A DNA stretch of 64,000 bases from Thermoleophilia bacterium (GTDB lineage: Bacteria; Actinomycetota; Thermoleophilia; BMS3ABIN01): contig JAGVMV010000046.1 in NCBI GenBank assembly GCA_020053595.1, forward strand, positions 197 to 64,196, given 5' to 3'. A program made the position numbers and the translations under genes. This document shows positions 28,622-39,493 of the stretch, piece after piece. Below the pieces are notes generated by a model, which was given only the letters and a program-made list of their open reading frames with translations, was not told the origin of the DNA and ran no database searches. Within the stretch, counting starts at the first letter, position 1. The number at the start of each line of letters is the position of its first letter.

Positions 28622-30060
28622 TCTTCCTGCCCCCCGCTTTTCATGGCCCCACGCTTTAGCAACCAGCGATATGGGCGGCAGCTAACCATCCGGGAATAGG
28701 AATAGACGAGGAAATGGCGCAACTTCAGGTTGCCTTTGGTGCTAACGTAGACAGCGCGCACCAGGCGCCCGGCCTTGCGGCCGCCGAACTTCATTCCCAG
28801 TATCTCTTCCGCCCCGCGGCGGGCGATGTTGTAATCGACGCCCTTCACCTTGGCCTTCTCCGGGCTGAACGACAAGAGGTCATTGGGACCTGACACCAGC
28901 GACAGGTTCCGTTCCTCGCAGTATGTGGCCAGATGCGTGCCCGGCAGCGGCGTGAAAAAGGCCACGCTTGCAAAATGCGGTCTGGTACGGCGCGCCAGCT
29001 CCACGGAAGCGGCGATATCCTCGGGCGTCTCCGTCGGGATGCCGAACATAAAGCTGCCGCTGAACAGCAGGCCGTGCTTACGGCAGAGCTCTGCCGAGCG
29101 GTAGTTGTGCTCTACCTGGCAGCCCTTGTTGAGGAAATCCAGTATCTTCTGGCTGCCGCTCTCCCAGCCCATCAGGACAAGCTTGAGTCCCACTTCCTTC
29201 ATCGCTGCCAGAGCCTCTTCAGCGCGGCAGAGCGACGCAGCCCGGGTCTGGATCATGATAGGGGCGCCAATGCCGGTAGAGCCGTATGCCTCGGCGAATC
29301 TGAGCGCCCAGTTGGGATTAGCCAGGAAGTCGGAGTTGTAGAACTTGAGGCTCCTGAAGCCCCAGCGGCGGTGCAGTAACTTCAGCTCTTCGATGACGTG
29401 CTCCACGCTTTTGTAGCGCATCCGTTTGCCGAACATCACCTCAGCGTGAGGGGCGCAGAAATTGCAGCGAAAGGCGCAGCCGCGGCAGGTGAGCATGGTG
29501 ACCATCGGCGACTTGAAAACTCCGGGGTAGTTGGGCAGCTTCACCGTTTGGGCGTAGTCGTAGAGTTCGCGGTCTTCGAACGGCAGCTCGTTCAGATCGG
29601 GGCTGGCGCCACGGAATACCCGTTCCCGGCTGCGACCCGCCTCGATGTCACCCAGGAGCTCGGCGAAGGCTATCTCGCCCTCTCCCTGGATGATGTAATC
29701 CACCAGGTCGGGCCGGGGCATATCATCCGGAGCGACTGTTGGGTGGGGTCCGCCGATTACAGTCTTTACCGCCGGGTTGGCCGCCTTGGCGGACTCGAGG
29801 ATGTGCTCCACATTGGGGTGGTCGCAGCTGCGCATGGTGATGGCGACTACATCCGGACGGGCGATCCTGATGCGCGAATCGAAATCGTCCCAATCTTTCA
29901 GGTGGCGGATATCCAGCAAGTCGATATCGCGGTATCCCTTTTCCTTGGCGTATGCGCTCACCGAACAGAGCCCGTGGTTGAGCACCGAGGACCAGTGGGA
30001 GTCCCAATAGGTGTTAAAGCTTTCCGGCCCGAAGCCGGGGTCGATAAAAGTGATTTTCAT
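28618..30060 (-). CDS. B12-binding-domain radical SAM protein
   Basis: IGGPHPT, GEGE, CAFRCNFC (CxxxCxxC), GWESGS, FMFGIPTET, FTPLPGT. Confidence 0.92.
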   Translation of the reverse strand: MKITFIDPGFGPESFNTYWDSHWSSVLNHGLCSVSAYAKEKGYRDIDLLDIRHLKDWDDFDSRIRIARPDVVAITMRSCDHPNVEHILESAKAANPAVKTVIGGPHPTVAPDDMPRPDLVDYIIQGEGEIAFAELLGDIEAGRSRERVFRGASPDLNELPFEDRELYDYAQTVKLPNYPGVFKSPMVTMLTCRGCAFRCNFCAPHAEVMFGKRMRYKSVEHVIEELKLLHRRWGFRSLKFYNSDFLANPNWALRFAEAYGSTGIGAPIMIQTRAASLCRAEEALAAMKEVGLKLVLMGWESGSQKILDFLNKGCQVEHNYRSAELCRKHGLLFSGSFMFGIPTETPEDIAASVELARRTRPHFASVAFFTPLPGTHLATYCEERNLSLVSGPNDLLSFSPEKAKVKGVDYNIARRGAEEILGMKFGGRKAGRLVRAVYVSTKGNLKLRHFLVYSYSRMVSCRPYRWLLKRGAMKSGGQEE

Positions 30061-31184
30061 CCCGTGAGCGCCCCCCTTTCCGCAGTTGCCATTTCGTAGA
30101 TTTTTTGCATGCGATCAGCGTTATCCTGCCAGCCGTATCTGTCAAGTACCAGCCGCCGCCCCGCCTGGCCCATCTGGCGGCGCAGGTTCGCGTCGGCGGC
30201 CAGCCTCACGATCTGCCGGGCGGTGATTTCGCTGTCCATCGGCGGCACCAGGAAGCCGGTCTCGCCGTCACGCACGACTTCGGGAAGGCCGCCCACGTTA
30301 GAGACTACCACCGGGATGGCGCAGGCCGAGGCTTCCACGACCGAGACCCCAAAGGTCTCGGACTCTGGCAGCGAGGCGAAGATGTCTATCTGGCGCAGGA
30401 AGGCCATCACCTTGTGGTGGGGCAGGTTGCCCACAAAAGTGACGTGGTTGGCTATCCCGAGCCGCCGCCCCAGCTTTTTCAGGCTCTTCTCTAGGGAGCC
30501 GCCGCCAACGATAAGCAGCGACAGGTCCAGGTCCGGCCTGAGTCGTATCACTTTCTCGAAGGTCTTGATGAGGCGGTCGATGCCATAGTTGCGTTCCAGG
30601 ATCTTCACGGTGCCGATGGTGACCGGCACGTCATCCAGGTACTTCCGGCCATTTGGAGAAAAATTCTTGGTGTCAACGCCGAAGGCGATCGTCTCTACCG
30701 TTGTGCCAGCCGGGCAGTATCTTTCCGTGGCCCGTGACAGGAAGTCGCTGGTTGCCGTGACCACGTCGGCCCGGCGCAAGTTGAATCGCACCAGCCTGCG
30801 GTAAAATGACGACGTTTCAGGCAAGACAACTATTTCCGACCCCAGGGAGGAAATGATCAATGGATGAAAACCGCTGGTAGCACCCACGAACCCGTAGCTG
30901 GTGGCCAGAAAGGCGTGTAACACATCAGGCTGGATCTCTTTTATCAGGCGTTTGACGGTGCGCGCACAAAGGAAATAGGCGGCTTTTTGCAGGCGGCCGC
31001 GACCAGCATGCAGAAGTTCGACCTCGCTGTCGATGAACGGCGGTGGCACGTGGTGCACCGTGGCGTCCTGGATGTCGTGGCCACGGAACGATATCACATG
31101 CACCTCGTGACCCTCGGCTGCGAAGTGGGACACCCATTTCTGGGTGTGCGGGCTCTTGGCGTCAGCCAGGTAGCAGATTCTCAC
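30057..31184 (-). CDS. GT4 glycosyltransferase
   Basis: ETFGVSVVEA (ExxxxxxxE), NVGGLPEVV. Confidence 0.92.
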   Translation of the reverse strand: MRICYLADAKSPHTQKWVSHFAAEGHEVHVISFRGHDIQDATVHHVPPPFIDSEVELLHAGRGRLQKAAYFLCARTVKRLIKEIQPDVLHAFLATSYGFVGATSGFHPLIISSLGSEIVVLPETSSFYRRLVRFNLRRADVVTATSDFLSRATERYCPAGTTVETIAFGVDTKNFSPNGRKYLDDVPVTIGTVKILERNYGIDRLIKTFEKVIRLRPDLDLSLLIVGGGSLEKSLKKLGRRLGIANHVTFVGNLPHHKVMAFLRQIDIFASLPESETFGVSVVEASACAIPVVVSNVGGLPEVVRDGETGFLVPPMDSEITARQIVRLAADANLRRQMGQAGRRLVLDRYGWQDNADRMQKIYEMATAERGALTG

Positions 31185-32335
31185 GGTGCGCCTCCGGTGA
31201 ACTCCAGGTATTTTCCGGATATGGCGTCTACGCGCTGCTGCCAGGTGTTACGGCGGGCAGCTTCCACGCGGCGGTCGGCTGATTCCTGGCTGGTATCGCC
31301 GAGAGCCTCGCCAACCATCTTGACCATCTCGTCCTGGTCATGGCCCACGTACACGATATCCTCAAGCCCTGCCAGCGCCGGGATGTCAGGAGCCACCACC
31401 GGTTTGCCCGTGGCCAGATATTCATAGAGCTTGGTGGGCGAGATATTGCGGACGAAATCGTTCATGCGGTACGGGATCAGACACACGTCGAAGCCTTTCA
31501 TGAATCCGGGCAGCGACGCCAATGGTTGATTACCCATCATCTTTATATTTGAAACTTTTTCCAGCTCCGGGAAGGCTTTGCGGGCGGGCCCGACGAGCAC
31601 AAATCGGCACTCAGGGTAATGCTCGGCGCAGGCCTTCAGGAAATCCGTGTCCAGGCGATCGTCGAGGACACCGCTGAATCCGATGACGGGGGAACCGTTG
31701 TCACGCACCCCCGGTGGAACCAGAGTGCCGGCCTCCCGCGCCTGGTGATAATGGTCGAAATCCACCCCATTGGGGACGTTGATTATCTGCCGGCACCAGG
31801 GCTCCTTGTCCCGGTAGACCTGTTCGGAACATGTGACAACCAGGTCGGCGCTCTCGAGCAGCCGCCGCTCCTGTTTCTGGATGAGCCCGCGGCGGCCCCA
31901 ACCGACGGCAGTGAACTCATCGATGCAGTGGTAGAGGACAAAACTCTCGCCCAGCTTGCCGACCAGCTCCACGGCGGTGGGAAGATAAAGCCACAGGAGT
32001 GGATTGCTAAAGCCCAGCCGGCGGGAAGCATGACGAGTCCAGGAAAGGACAAGCTGCTGGCTGACACGGTTGATGGCGTTGACCGCCCGCTTGAACGGGA
32101 GCGCCGGGGGACAGGTGGTAATCCAAAGGTTATCTTCCTTCTGCCGCAGGCCACCGGTGAAATCAACCAGTTTGCGCCAGCGCTCGGGATACCGGATCGG
32201 GAGATAAGAGAGAGGCGGCTCCACATAAAGCACCCGGTTTGTACCAGAAAGAAGCTTCATGATCTGTTGATGGGTTATCCAGGGCGAATCCCAGTAGCCG
32301 GGGGAGATGCAGATGACGTCATGGCCTTCGATCAT
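31181..32335 (-). CDS. GT-B glycosyltransferase (TuaH-like)
   Basis: YHCIDE, PNGVDF, SPTKLYEYLATGKPVV. Confidence 0.88.
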   Translation of the reverse strand: MIEGHDVICISPGYWDSPWITHQQIMKLLSGTNRVLYVEPPLSYLPIRYPERWRKLVDFTGGLRQKEDNLWITTCPPALPFKRAVNAINRVSQQLVLSWTRHASRRLGFSNPLLWLYLPTAVELVGKLGESFVLYHCIDEFTAVGWGRRGLIQKQERRLLESADLVVTCSEQVYRDKEPWCRQIINVPNGVDFDHYHQAREAGTLVPPGVRDNGSPVIGFSGVLDDRLDTDFLKACAEHYPECRFVLVGPARKAFPELEKVSNIKMMGNQPLASLPGFMKGFDVCLIPYRMNDFVRNISPTKLYEYLATGKPVVAPDIPALAGLEDIVYVGHDQDEMVKMVGEALGDTSQESADRRVEAARRNTWQQRVDAISGKYLEFTGGAP

Positions 32336-32339
32336 GAAA

Positions 32340-33020
32340 CTAGCATTTTATTGCCCTTATTAACCATTGAACGGCTAAATAGTTCAAAGAGCGCTTAAGT
32401 GAAAGGGTTCGCAAAATCGAAAACATCAGTCTGGTCTTCTTCGAAAGCATTTGCCGGTCATACTCGTTATGTTTTACGAGATCAATTTTGAACCCAGCGT
32501 TAAAAAGTGCATTTCTGATCTCTGTGATCGTGAAAAACCTTAAATGTGTCCTGTCCAGGATTCCATAATCATCGTAGTGAAACTTGTCTTTAAATAGTAA
32601 TGGTCCTAATACGGAGAAATGAGAAACATTGGGGATGCTGATAACTATCACGCCACCTGGCTCAAGCAGCCAATAACATTTTTTTAATAGAGCCCAAGGG
32701 TCAGATAGATGTTCCAATATATCTGCCAAAATAATGCAGTCCCAATTGCCCGCCGCAAGTTCATCTGAATATATCAAAGTTTCGATATCACCCGTCATAA
32801 CTTTATCAAGAGAGCACCGGGCAGCCTTGGCGGCCTCTGCGTTTAAATCAATACCCGTTATATAACATGGCTGCCGTTGTTTGATTGTTCTTCCCAAAAT
32901 ACCTGCACCACAGCCACAGTCCAGAATCTCGAAACATTCATTGGGAATGAGCGGCAGGATGTCGTACCTGGAGTTACGGAAATATGCGCGGCTCTCTATC
33001 TCTTTCATATTAGTGGTCAT
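32340..33020 (-). CDS. Class I SAM-dependent methyltransferase (AT-rich gene)
   Basis: LDCGCGAG, DILEHLSDP, ISIPN, GILDRTHLRFFT. Start at 33020 or 33008. Confidence 0.88.
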   Translation of the reverse strand: MTTNMKEIESRAYFRNSRYDILPLIPNECFEILDCGCGAGILGRTIKQRQPCYITGIDLNAEAAKAARCSLDKVMTGDIETLIYSDELAAGNWDCIILADILEHLSDPWALLKKCYWLLEPGGVIVISIPNVSHFSVLGPLLFKDKFHYDDYGILDRTHLRFFTITEIRNALFNAGFKIDLVKHNEYDRQMLSKKTRLMFSILRTLSLKRSLNYLAVQWLIRAIKC

Positions 33021-34155
33021 GTTCACGGAGAAACTCCTCATAGATGCTCAGACACTGGCGGGCGGCGTTTTCCCAGGAAAAAATAGCAGCCCGGGCAGGT
33101 CCGCGGGCTCCTAACCGAGCGGCCAGTTCCGAGTCCATCATGAGGGCGCCAATGGCTGCGGCAATCTCAGTTGTGGAACGAGGGTTCACCAGAACCGCTG
33201 CACCATTGGCTACCTCTTCCATGGGAGAATCTTTTGATGTCACCATCGGGGTTCCACTGGCCATGGCCTCGAGCACCGGCAGGCCAAACCCCTCGTAAAG
33301 TGAAGGATAGAGCGCCGCCACGGCGCCACGGTACAGGGCTGGCATGGCTTCGTCCGGAACGTATCCGGTGAAACGGACCCAGTCTTCCAGGCCATTCTCC
33401 CTCACGAAAGTTACCAGCGCATGCCCCACTTCTGCAAGTTCGCCCGTGACCAGGAGTTCGGCCTCGCTGCCGGTGGCGGTACGGGCCATGGCGAATGCTT
33501 TGACCATGCGGCGAAGGTTCTTTCTGGTGCCCAGGCCGCCAGTATAGAGAAAGTACGGTTTGTCGGAAGGTCTGAAAGCATTCGCCGCAGCCACGCCGGC
33601 ATCTGCGCGCCCGTTGAGGAAGCAGGCGGGAAGGCCATTCCTCACAATCCGGACCTTACCCCGGGCGCCGGGAAGATGCTTTAGTATCTCCTGGCGCGAG
33701 AAATCCGACACGGTAACCACGGCCGCCGCGCGGCGCGAGAGTAGGCGCAGCAGGCCGTTCTGGTATATACGGGTAGCTGCTGAGTGGCGATACGGCGCCG
33801 CGTAAGTATCCATGTCATGGATGGTGAGGATAAAAGGTGCTCGAGTCAGGATAGGTTCCACATAATATGGGAAGTGCATCAAACTAATGCCCGCCCGCTT
33901 CACGGCCTGGTGCAGGAGGATTTGCCGATAGAAGACGGAGCCTAACCGGCTACCTGGGTTACCAACTTGTGGAACTGGCATCAGCTGTAATCGCCCGTGA
34001 TCCGCCAGCTCGTCCAGGTTGACGTCGCTACCGGTGAAGGCAATGAACTCGTGGGGAGAATCGGCTTCCACCAGCGCCTGCAACAGGTTATAGCTCTGAG
34101 CGCCGAGGCCGGTCCTCTTATCGGTGACATATGTGGCATCGTATCCTATCCGCAT
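33010..34155 (-). CDS. GT4 glycosyltransferase (MtfB-like)
   Basis: TIHD, RKNL, PSLYEGFGLPVLEAMASG. Confidence 0.92.
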   Translation of the reverse strand: MRIGYDATYVTDKRTGLGAQSYNLLQALVEADSPHEFIAFTGSDVNLDELADHGRLQLMPVPQVGNPGSRLGSVFYRQILLHQAVKRAGISLMHFPYYVEPILTRAPFILTIHDMDTYAAPYRHSAATRIYQNGLLRLLSRRAAAVVTVSDFSRQEILKHLPGARGKVRIVRNGLPACFLNGRADAGVAAANAFRPSDKPYFLYTGGLGTRKNLRRMVKAFAMARTATGSEAELLVTGELAEVGHALVTFVRENGLEDWVRFTGYVPDEAMPALYRGAVAALYPSLYEGFGLPVLEAMASGTPMVTSKDSPMEEVANGAAVLVNPRSTTEIAAAIGALMMDSELAARLGARGPARAAIFSWENAARQCLSIYEEFLREHDH

Positions 34156-34171
34156 ATCGACCAGGAAAATA

Positions 34172-35644
34172 TCATGCCTCGCGCTCGGCGAGGGCGGGTT
34201 TGAGCAGACGGGCCAGAAACTCCAGGTCGGTCCTGCCCAAGGCTCGGGTGATGAAAAGCATCGCCGTGTATATCGCGGCGCCCAGGACAACGAGCATCCC
34301 CAGCGGGAGGAAAGGCAAGGCCAGCAAGACCGTGGTCATGACCGCCGCCGCTGCCACGGGACGGACCGCCAGTCTCACCAGTCCCAGGGAACCAATATGC
34401 CGCTTAAAGAACCAGAGGTAAAGGGCGCCGGCGACCAACTCCGTGAGCACGGTGGCAATGCTGGCCCCGATGGCGCTGTAGCGGGGGATAAGGAACAGGT
34501 TGAGGCCCACGTTCACGGCGATGCCGCTCCCGGTCACGACCACATTGAGCGACTGGCGGTTGATGGAGGTGAGACTGACGGGGCAGATGCAACTGAGGAA
34601 GGTGAGCACCAGCGACCAGATCAGAATCTGCAGCGGCAACACTGAAGCCAGGTAAGCGTCCCCAAACAGAAAAGGTACGATGCGGCCGGCGAGCACCGCG
34701 GTGCCGAAACCCACGGGAATACCTATCATGGCCATGTAGCGGAGCGTGCGGCGCGACGCGGATAGTAGTGAACCGCGGCTGGCCACCGTTATTCGCGCTA
34801 GGCCCGGAAAGACGGCGCCCATGATGGCGGCCGGAATAAACATCAGCGATTCCATCAAGCGGAACGCGGCCGCGTAGGTGCCGACATCCTCATCGCTCTT
34901 CATCGCCGCCAGCATAATTAAATCAATCTTGAAATAGATGAAAAAGAATGCCCCGTAGAACAGGAAGGGCAGGGATTGGGCGATCATTGTCCGCATCAAG
35001 GACCAGCTTGGAACAGCTGTGAGGCGGCAGCCAAGGCGGCGTAGCATGACCCAGGCAATCACGAGGGATATGACGCAGCTTGCCGCATACGACCAGGCAA
35101 GGGGCACCAGGCGATAACCGGCGATGAGCACGCCGGCGGCCAGCGCTAGCCGCACTGCTTCCGAGAGGAAGCTGACCAGGGCCAGATAACCCATCCGTTC
35201 CACGCCCTGCATCACCGCGACCAGCGAATGAAAGGCTCCCAGGGGGATGAGCGCCACGATGAACACCAGGATGATTGACCGGCTGTCCGGGGCCATGCCG
35301 GTGAAGGTGAAAAGGCCGGCCGCCGCCAGCAGCGCCAGTGACGCCAGCACCAGCTTAACAAGGATTGTGTTTGTCACATAGGCGGCAACCGTGTCATGAT
35401 CGCGGGCGATCTCACGCACGGAGAGCTGGTTGAAGCCAAGCTCATTGACCAGCGATATGATCCCGATTACCGCAATGGCCAGAGCGTAAGTGCCAAAGTC
35501 GGCAACATCAAGGTAGCGCGCCAGCAGGATAACGCCGCCGAACGCCGCCAGCTTGCTGAGCACTTGCGAGATCAGCATGTATGCCGAGTTGTGTGCCACC
35601 CGGACGGCGCCAGAGCCGGCAGCATTTAAGGGTGGATTGCTCAT
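34172..35644 (-). CDS. wzx: Wzx flippase
   Basis: Polytopic membrane protein with ARYL...FGTY, KIDLIML, GTYAAA and NLFLIP motifs. Confidence 0.9.
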   Translation of the reverse strand: MSNPPLNAAGSGAVRVAHNSAYMLISQVLSKLAAFGGVILLARYLDVADFGTYALAIAVIGIISLVNELGFNQLSVREIARDHDTVAAYVTNTILVKLVLASLALLAAAGLFTFTGMAPDSRSIILVFIVALIPLGAFHSLVAVMQGVERMGYLALVSFLSEAVRLALAAGVLIAGYRLVPLAWSYAASCVISLVIAWVMLRRLGCRLTAVPSWSLMRTMIAQSLPFLFYGAFFFIYFKIDLIMLAAMKSDEDVGTYAAAFRLMESLMFIPAAIMGAVFPGLARITVASRGSLLSASRRTLRYMAMIGIPVGFGTAVLAGRIVPFLFGDAYLASVLPLQILIWSLVLTFLSCICPVSLTSINRQSLNVVVTGSGIAVNVGLNLFLIPRYSAIGASIATVLTELVAGALYLWFFKRHIGSLGLVRLAVRPVAAAAVMTTVLLALPFLPLGMLVVLGAAIYTAMLFITRALGRTDLEFLARLLKPALAEREA

Positions 35645-36693
35645 GATCCCTCTTTTACAGCGAAAACCACCAGCCCGTTCCCCTTGCCTGCATAACCGCA
35701 GGCGTAAACCAGGGGAAACGAAATGAGCCGGGAGATGGCGGGGCTGAGCCAGAGGCACTTACCTGTTCTTTCCTGCCAGAACTGGAGATTCAAGACGAAG
35801 TTGGCAGGGATAAAGTCACCCTTCACCTTGAGGACCCTAAACCCACTTCTTTGCAGCATGTCAGAGATGGCGGAGCGGTCGAAGTGATAAAGGTGGCGGG
35901 GGGCCTCCCAGGGGGACCAGTATCCGCCGAACCAGCGCGACTCCATGCTGCCGGCGTTCGGCACCCTGATACAAACGAGGCCACCGGGTTTAAGGATGCG
36001 ATGGGTTTCGCGGAGGATGGCCCGGGGGCTGGGCATGTGCTCCAGTGTCTGGTTGAAATAAGCGACATCGAAAGCACCGTCTTCAAAACCGGCTGCCAGC
36101 AGGTCTCCATTGAAGACGTCAAAACCCCTTTTGACCACGCGGGCAGCCGCGAAACTGCTCGGCTCCACACCTGCCACCTCCCATCCAAGCCTGCGGAAGC
36201 GTTCCAGGTTGTGGCCGTTGCCTGAACCGACATCGAGCAACCTTCCGTTCGGCACATAGGGGATAAGATTAGTGTCGCGTCCGGCAGCCCGGAATAAAAT
36301 ATTGATGCCCTTGATGAAAACCGATGGCATGCTGCGACCGGAAGGAAGAAGATGCGGGTAATTGTAAGCGCCGCCGAGCAAGGTTCTTTCAGCCCAATTG
36401 TAGAGTTTTCGCGCGCGGCCTCCCTCGGGGACGAGACCGGCGTCAGCCTCACCAGGGAACACATAATATTCTTCCCCGTAATGTTCGCCGAGGAAGGCTG
36501 CCCGCGGTCGCGGGTCGAGGTATATCAGGCCGCACTCCTGGCATTTGACCAGTTGATATCGATCGTCAGGTTGCAGCCGGTCCGATACCTCGAGGAAATC
36601 CGCGCTGTGGGAGCTGCCGCAGCCGTCGCAGCGGTCTACCGTTTCCAGGCGCGTGTTGTCAGGCGAGCTTTTTTGTTCCATAACCCCAGACAT
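35641..36693 (-). CDS. SAM-dependent methyltransferase with N-terminal Zn ribbon
   Basis: CDGC...CQECG, LLDVGSGNG, LEHMPSP, PRHLYHF. Confidence 0.88.
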   Translation of the reverse strand: MSGVMEQKSSPDNTRLETVDRCDGCGSSHSADFLEVSDRLQPDDRYQLVKCQECGLIYLDPRPRAAFLGEHYGEEYYVFPGEADAGLVPEGGRARKLYNWAERTLLGGAYNYPHLLPSGRSMPSVFIKGINILFRAAGRDTNLIPYVPNGRLLDVGSGNGHNLERFRRLGWEVAGVEPSSFAAARVVKRGFDVFNGDLLAAGFEDGAFDVAYFNQTLEHMPSPRAILRETHRILKPGGLVCIRVPNAGSMESRWFGGYWSPWEAPRHLYHFDRSAISDMLQRSGFRVLKVKGDFIPANFVLNLQFWQERTGKCLWLSPAISRLISFPLVYACGYAGKGNGLVVFAVKEGS

Positions 36694-37693
36694 CCATCTT
36701 TCCTTTCAGTTCTTCAAGCTCGCGGCTGAAGCCGAGCTCATGCAAAATCGTTCCCAACCTGTGGAAGTAGGTATGCTCGTCCAGGACGCGGCGGCGGGCC
36801 TTCTCGATATACGGTTCCCGCTTTTCCGGATGGCTGATGAAGAATTCAGCCATGTCCGCCATTTCCCGTGGCGAGGAAGCCATCGGTATCTCGTCAGCAG
36901 TGAAGTACCCTTCGGTGTGGATGCAGGCGACTGGGTCGGTGACGGTGAATCCGCCCGATAATGGCAGCTTGAACAAACGTTCGGTCGCCTCGTAACCATA
37001 AATGCGGCCATGCGGCTCGTGGATACACGGGGTGAAAGTGGCGGAGCGAAAGAGCCGGTTGAGCGCGTCGTCCTCCAGAAAGTCCCCCCGGCTTAGCCCG
37101 TCTGGCCAGCCGCGGCCGTAAATGACTGTACGATAGCGGCTGGCGTAGCTTAGCAGATAATCGTGAAGCCCCGGAGCCTTATTGGCCCAGTAACCGCCCA
37201 CAAAACAGATATCACAATCATAATCCGGGTCAAAACCGGGATCAACGTGGCGGATGGAATCACCGGCCAGCGGCAAAGAGAGCACCCGCCGGCCTTCTTT
37301 AGTCTCCCATTTGTTCCACCCCCGCTCAATACCCAGCGGCGAAGTGTGGTGGAAGAGCAGGTCGGGATCGAGCTTGCGGATCCAGCGGACATCGCGCCAT
37401 TTGGTGCGGTAGCCCTGGCGGGCATTCTCGGGATAAGCCCAGGGATCAGCCCATTGATCCACGGCGGCGGCTACCGCCGTTTCCTTTTTTCTAACGCGGC
37501 TGGGGACGCGGTGCCGCATACGCACGTCGGCGATGTAGAGGTCCGGCTGAAACTCTTCGAAGGTCTGCTCCGGGCGGGTGCCGTCCCAGAGCAACATCTC
37601 CCAGCCCAGGGCCTCTACGGCGTTCTTGCGCCCCTGAACAACATAGTAACCGGCGCCGGACCTGTCACTGTTTGCATTATGGATTATGCGCAT
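36659..37693 (-). CDS. Glycosyltransferase, CgeB/Glyco_trans_1_2-like
   Basis: DICFVG, IYGRGW, ERLF, RVLDEHTYFHR. Confidence 0.78.
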   Translation of the reverse strand: MRIIHNANSDRSGAGYYVVQGRKNAVEALGWEMLLWDGTRPEQTFEEFQPDLYIADVRMRHRVPSRVRKKETAVAAAVDQWADPWAYPENARQGYRTKWRDVRWIRKLDPDLLFHHTSPLGIERGWNKWETKEGRRVLSLPLAGDSIRHVDPGFDPDYDCDICFVGGYWANKAPGLHDYLLSYASRYRTVIYGRGWPDGLSRGDFLEDDALNRLFRSATFTPCIHEPHGRIYGYEATERLFKLPLSGGFTVTDPVACIHTEGYFTADEIPMASSPREMADMAEFFISHPEKREPYIEKARRRVLDEHTYFHRLGTILHELGFSRELEELKGKMDVWGYGTKKLA

Positions 37694-38661
37694 CCTGATT
37701 CCTGACCGGTCTGCCCAAGCACGGATGAGACCGCTGCTTCGACTTTCTCCCAAAACTCTGAAGTAGCGCCCTCCATGTTGATATGGTTGCCGATATCGAA
37801 GTCAAATGAAGTAGCGCCCACATTACCATTGGTCAAAAGGTTGCAGCCGCACAGGGCGGCTTCGACCACCACGCGCCCCATCGGCTCGGGCCAGCGGGGT
37901 AGGTAGACGAAATTCCGGGCGCGGTTCATCAGGCCGGGAATCTCCGAATAATCGACCGGTCCCAGCCACCGGCCGAACCCCGTATCGGCGCCCGGGCCCG
38001 CGGGTCCCGCCAAAGTAATATCACCGCTGGGGAACATCCGTTTGAGATTGTTCATTCCCTTCGCCTCGGATAGCGTACCAACGAAAAGGTTCTCGATGTC
38101 GCGCTCCCCGCCGCGGTCATAAAAGACAGCTGTATCGACGGTCGGCCTGAGCTCGAAATAGTCGCCGATGACATCAATACCCTGAATGTTCTGCATCACC
38201 CGGCGATGCAGGGGGGAGACGAAGGCGCTCAACCGCGCATCACGGTACAGCGCCACCGTCTCCTGGGCAAAGCAGCCCCGGCGGCGCAGCAGCCGGTGCG
38301 ACTGGACGCCGAAACTCCTCTTGTGGCGGCATTTTTTGCCGTCTGTTTCACCGTTGCACGGCAGATAACCCAGGTCACAGGCACCGGTATAAGCGTTATC
38401 AAGTAACATATAAGGACCAGAAGTCAAGTCGCGGATGATCTCGTCATCCAGCCGGCTGCGGGCTGAAGGCTGGTTGTAGATATCACCGAAGATGACCATG
38501 TCCGGCTTGTCGAACAGGTCGATAGTGAGATCCGGAAAAGCGGCCGTCACCTTGATGTGGTGATTGCGCTCGTTTCCCGCGGCTAGCAATGAGCGATTTA
38601 CGGCCTCTCCGCCCCCGCCGGGAAAATCCGGATTGATCTGGGTTACGAAGTTAATCTTCAT
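37684..38661 (-). CDS. GT-B (GT4-like) glycosyltransferase
   Basis: GGGE N-terminus, FVGTLSEAKG, EPMGRVVVEAALCG. Confidence 0.78.
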   Translation of the reverse strand: MKINFVTQINPDFPGGGGEAVNRSLLAAGNERNHHIKVTAAFPDLTIDLFDKPDMVIFGDIYNQPSARSRLDDEIIRDLTSGPYMLLDNAYTGACDLGYLPCNGETDGKKCRHKRSFGVQSHRLLRRRGCFAQETVALYRDARLSAFVSPLHRRVMQNIQGIDVIGDYFELRPTVDTAVFYDRGGERDIENLFVGTLSEAKGMNNLKRMFPSGDITLAGPAGPGADTGFGRWLGPVDYSEIPGLMNRARNFVYLPRWPEPMGRVVVEAALCGCNLLTNGNVGATSFDFDIGNHINMEGATSEFWEKVEAAVSSVLGQTGQESGCA

Positions 38662-38682
38662 GACTGGATGCGGGCCTGAACT

Positions 38683-39486
38683 TTATCCTTTGATTTCACC
38701 CGCATCGCCGGTGGAGCCACCTTCACCGGCGCGGGTGCTCCATTTCCTGGCGAAACGCTCACGGTTACGCCGGTTCAGCTCACTGGTGCTGACGGACTTG
38801 CCCAGGTAGTCGATGCGCATCTCACGGCAACTCACACCGGCATGGTTCACGTGGATGGCCTTGGCTTGCGGTACTACCAGGCAGCGGTAACCGAGTTCGC
38901 GGATACGGAAAGACAGGTCAACCTCTTCATAGCTGGCGGGTGAGAAACCCACATCGAAGCCGCCGGCCAGGTCGAAAACGCTACGCCTGAGCATGAATAG
39001 CCATCCGGAGACCTCATCCGCCTCTTCGATGTCATCAATCCCCACCCGCGGGCCCGGGAATCCGTTGGTCTGGAAGCGGCCCCCCTGGGGGCCGACGTTA
39101 CCTATGTCATCCGCCGACTCCAGGACGCGCTTAAGCTCCTCCAGGCACCCCCTTCCGAGTTGGACATCATCATTTATGAAACAGAGGAACTCCCCTTCCG
39201 CCAGCATGGCGCCCATGTTCCAGGAGCGAGAGACGCCGGGATTCACGCTGTTTAAACAGAAACGGTCGACTAATGGACTGCTGGAGACGAAAAGCGTCAG
39301 CTCAGAGTTTTCCGGCGCGTTGCAGATGACAACTACCTCATGTGGCAATTCGACGGTTTCCCTGATGTTGGTCAGCAGCTCACGGAGTCCGGGGACGGGC
39401 GTAAGCGGATGTTTCAGGCTGCGCTTCCGGTCCAGCGACAAGACCGGGATAATGATGCTGGTGAGTCCTTTTTCAAAAGTATTCAT
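38683..39486 (-). CDS. GT2 glycosyltransferase
   Basis: SIIIPV, FINDD, GGFD, EEVDLSFR. Confidence 0.85.
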   Translation of the reverse strand: MNTFEKGLTSIIIPVLSLDRKRSLKHPLTPVPGLRELLTNIRETVELPHEVVVICNAPENSELTLFVSSSPLVDRFCLNSVNPGVSRSWNMGAMLAEGEFLCFINDDVQLGRGCLEELKRVLESADDIGNVGPQGGRFQTNGFPGPRVGIDDIEEADEVSGWLFMLRRSVFDLAGGFDVGFSPASYEEVDLSFRIRELGYRCLVVPQAKAIHVNHAGVSCREMRIDYLGKSVSTSELNRRNRERFARKWSTRAGEGGSTGDAGEIKG

Positions 39487-39493
39487 AAACGAG

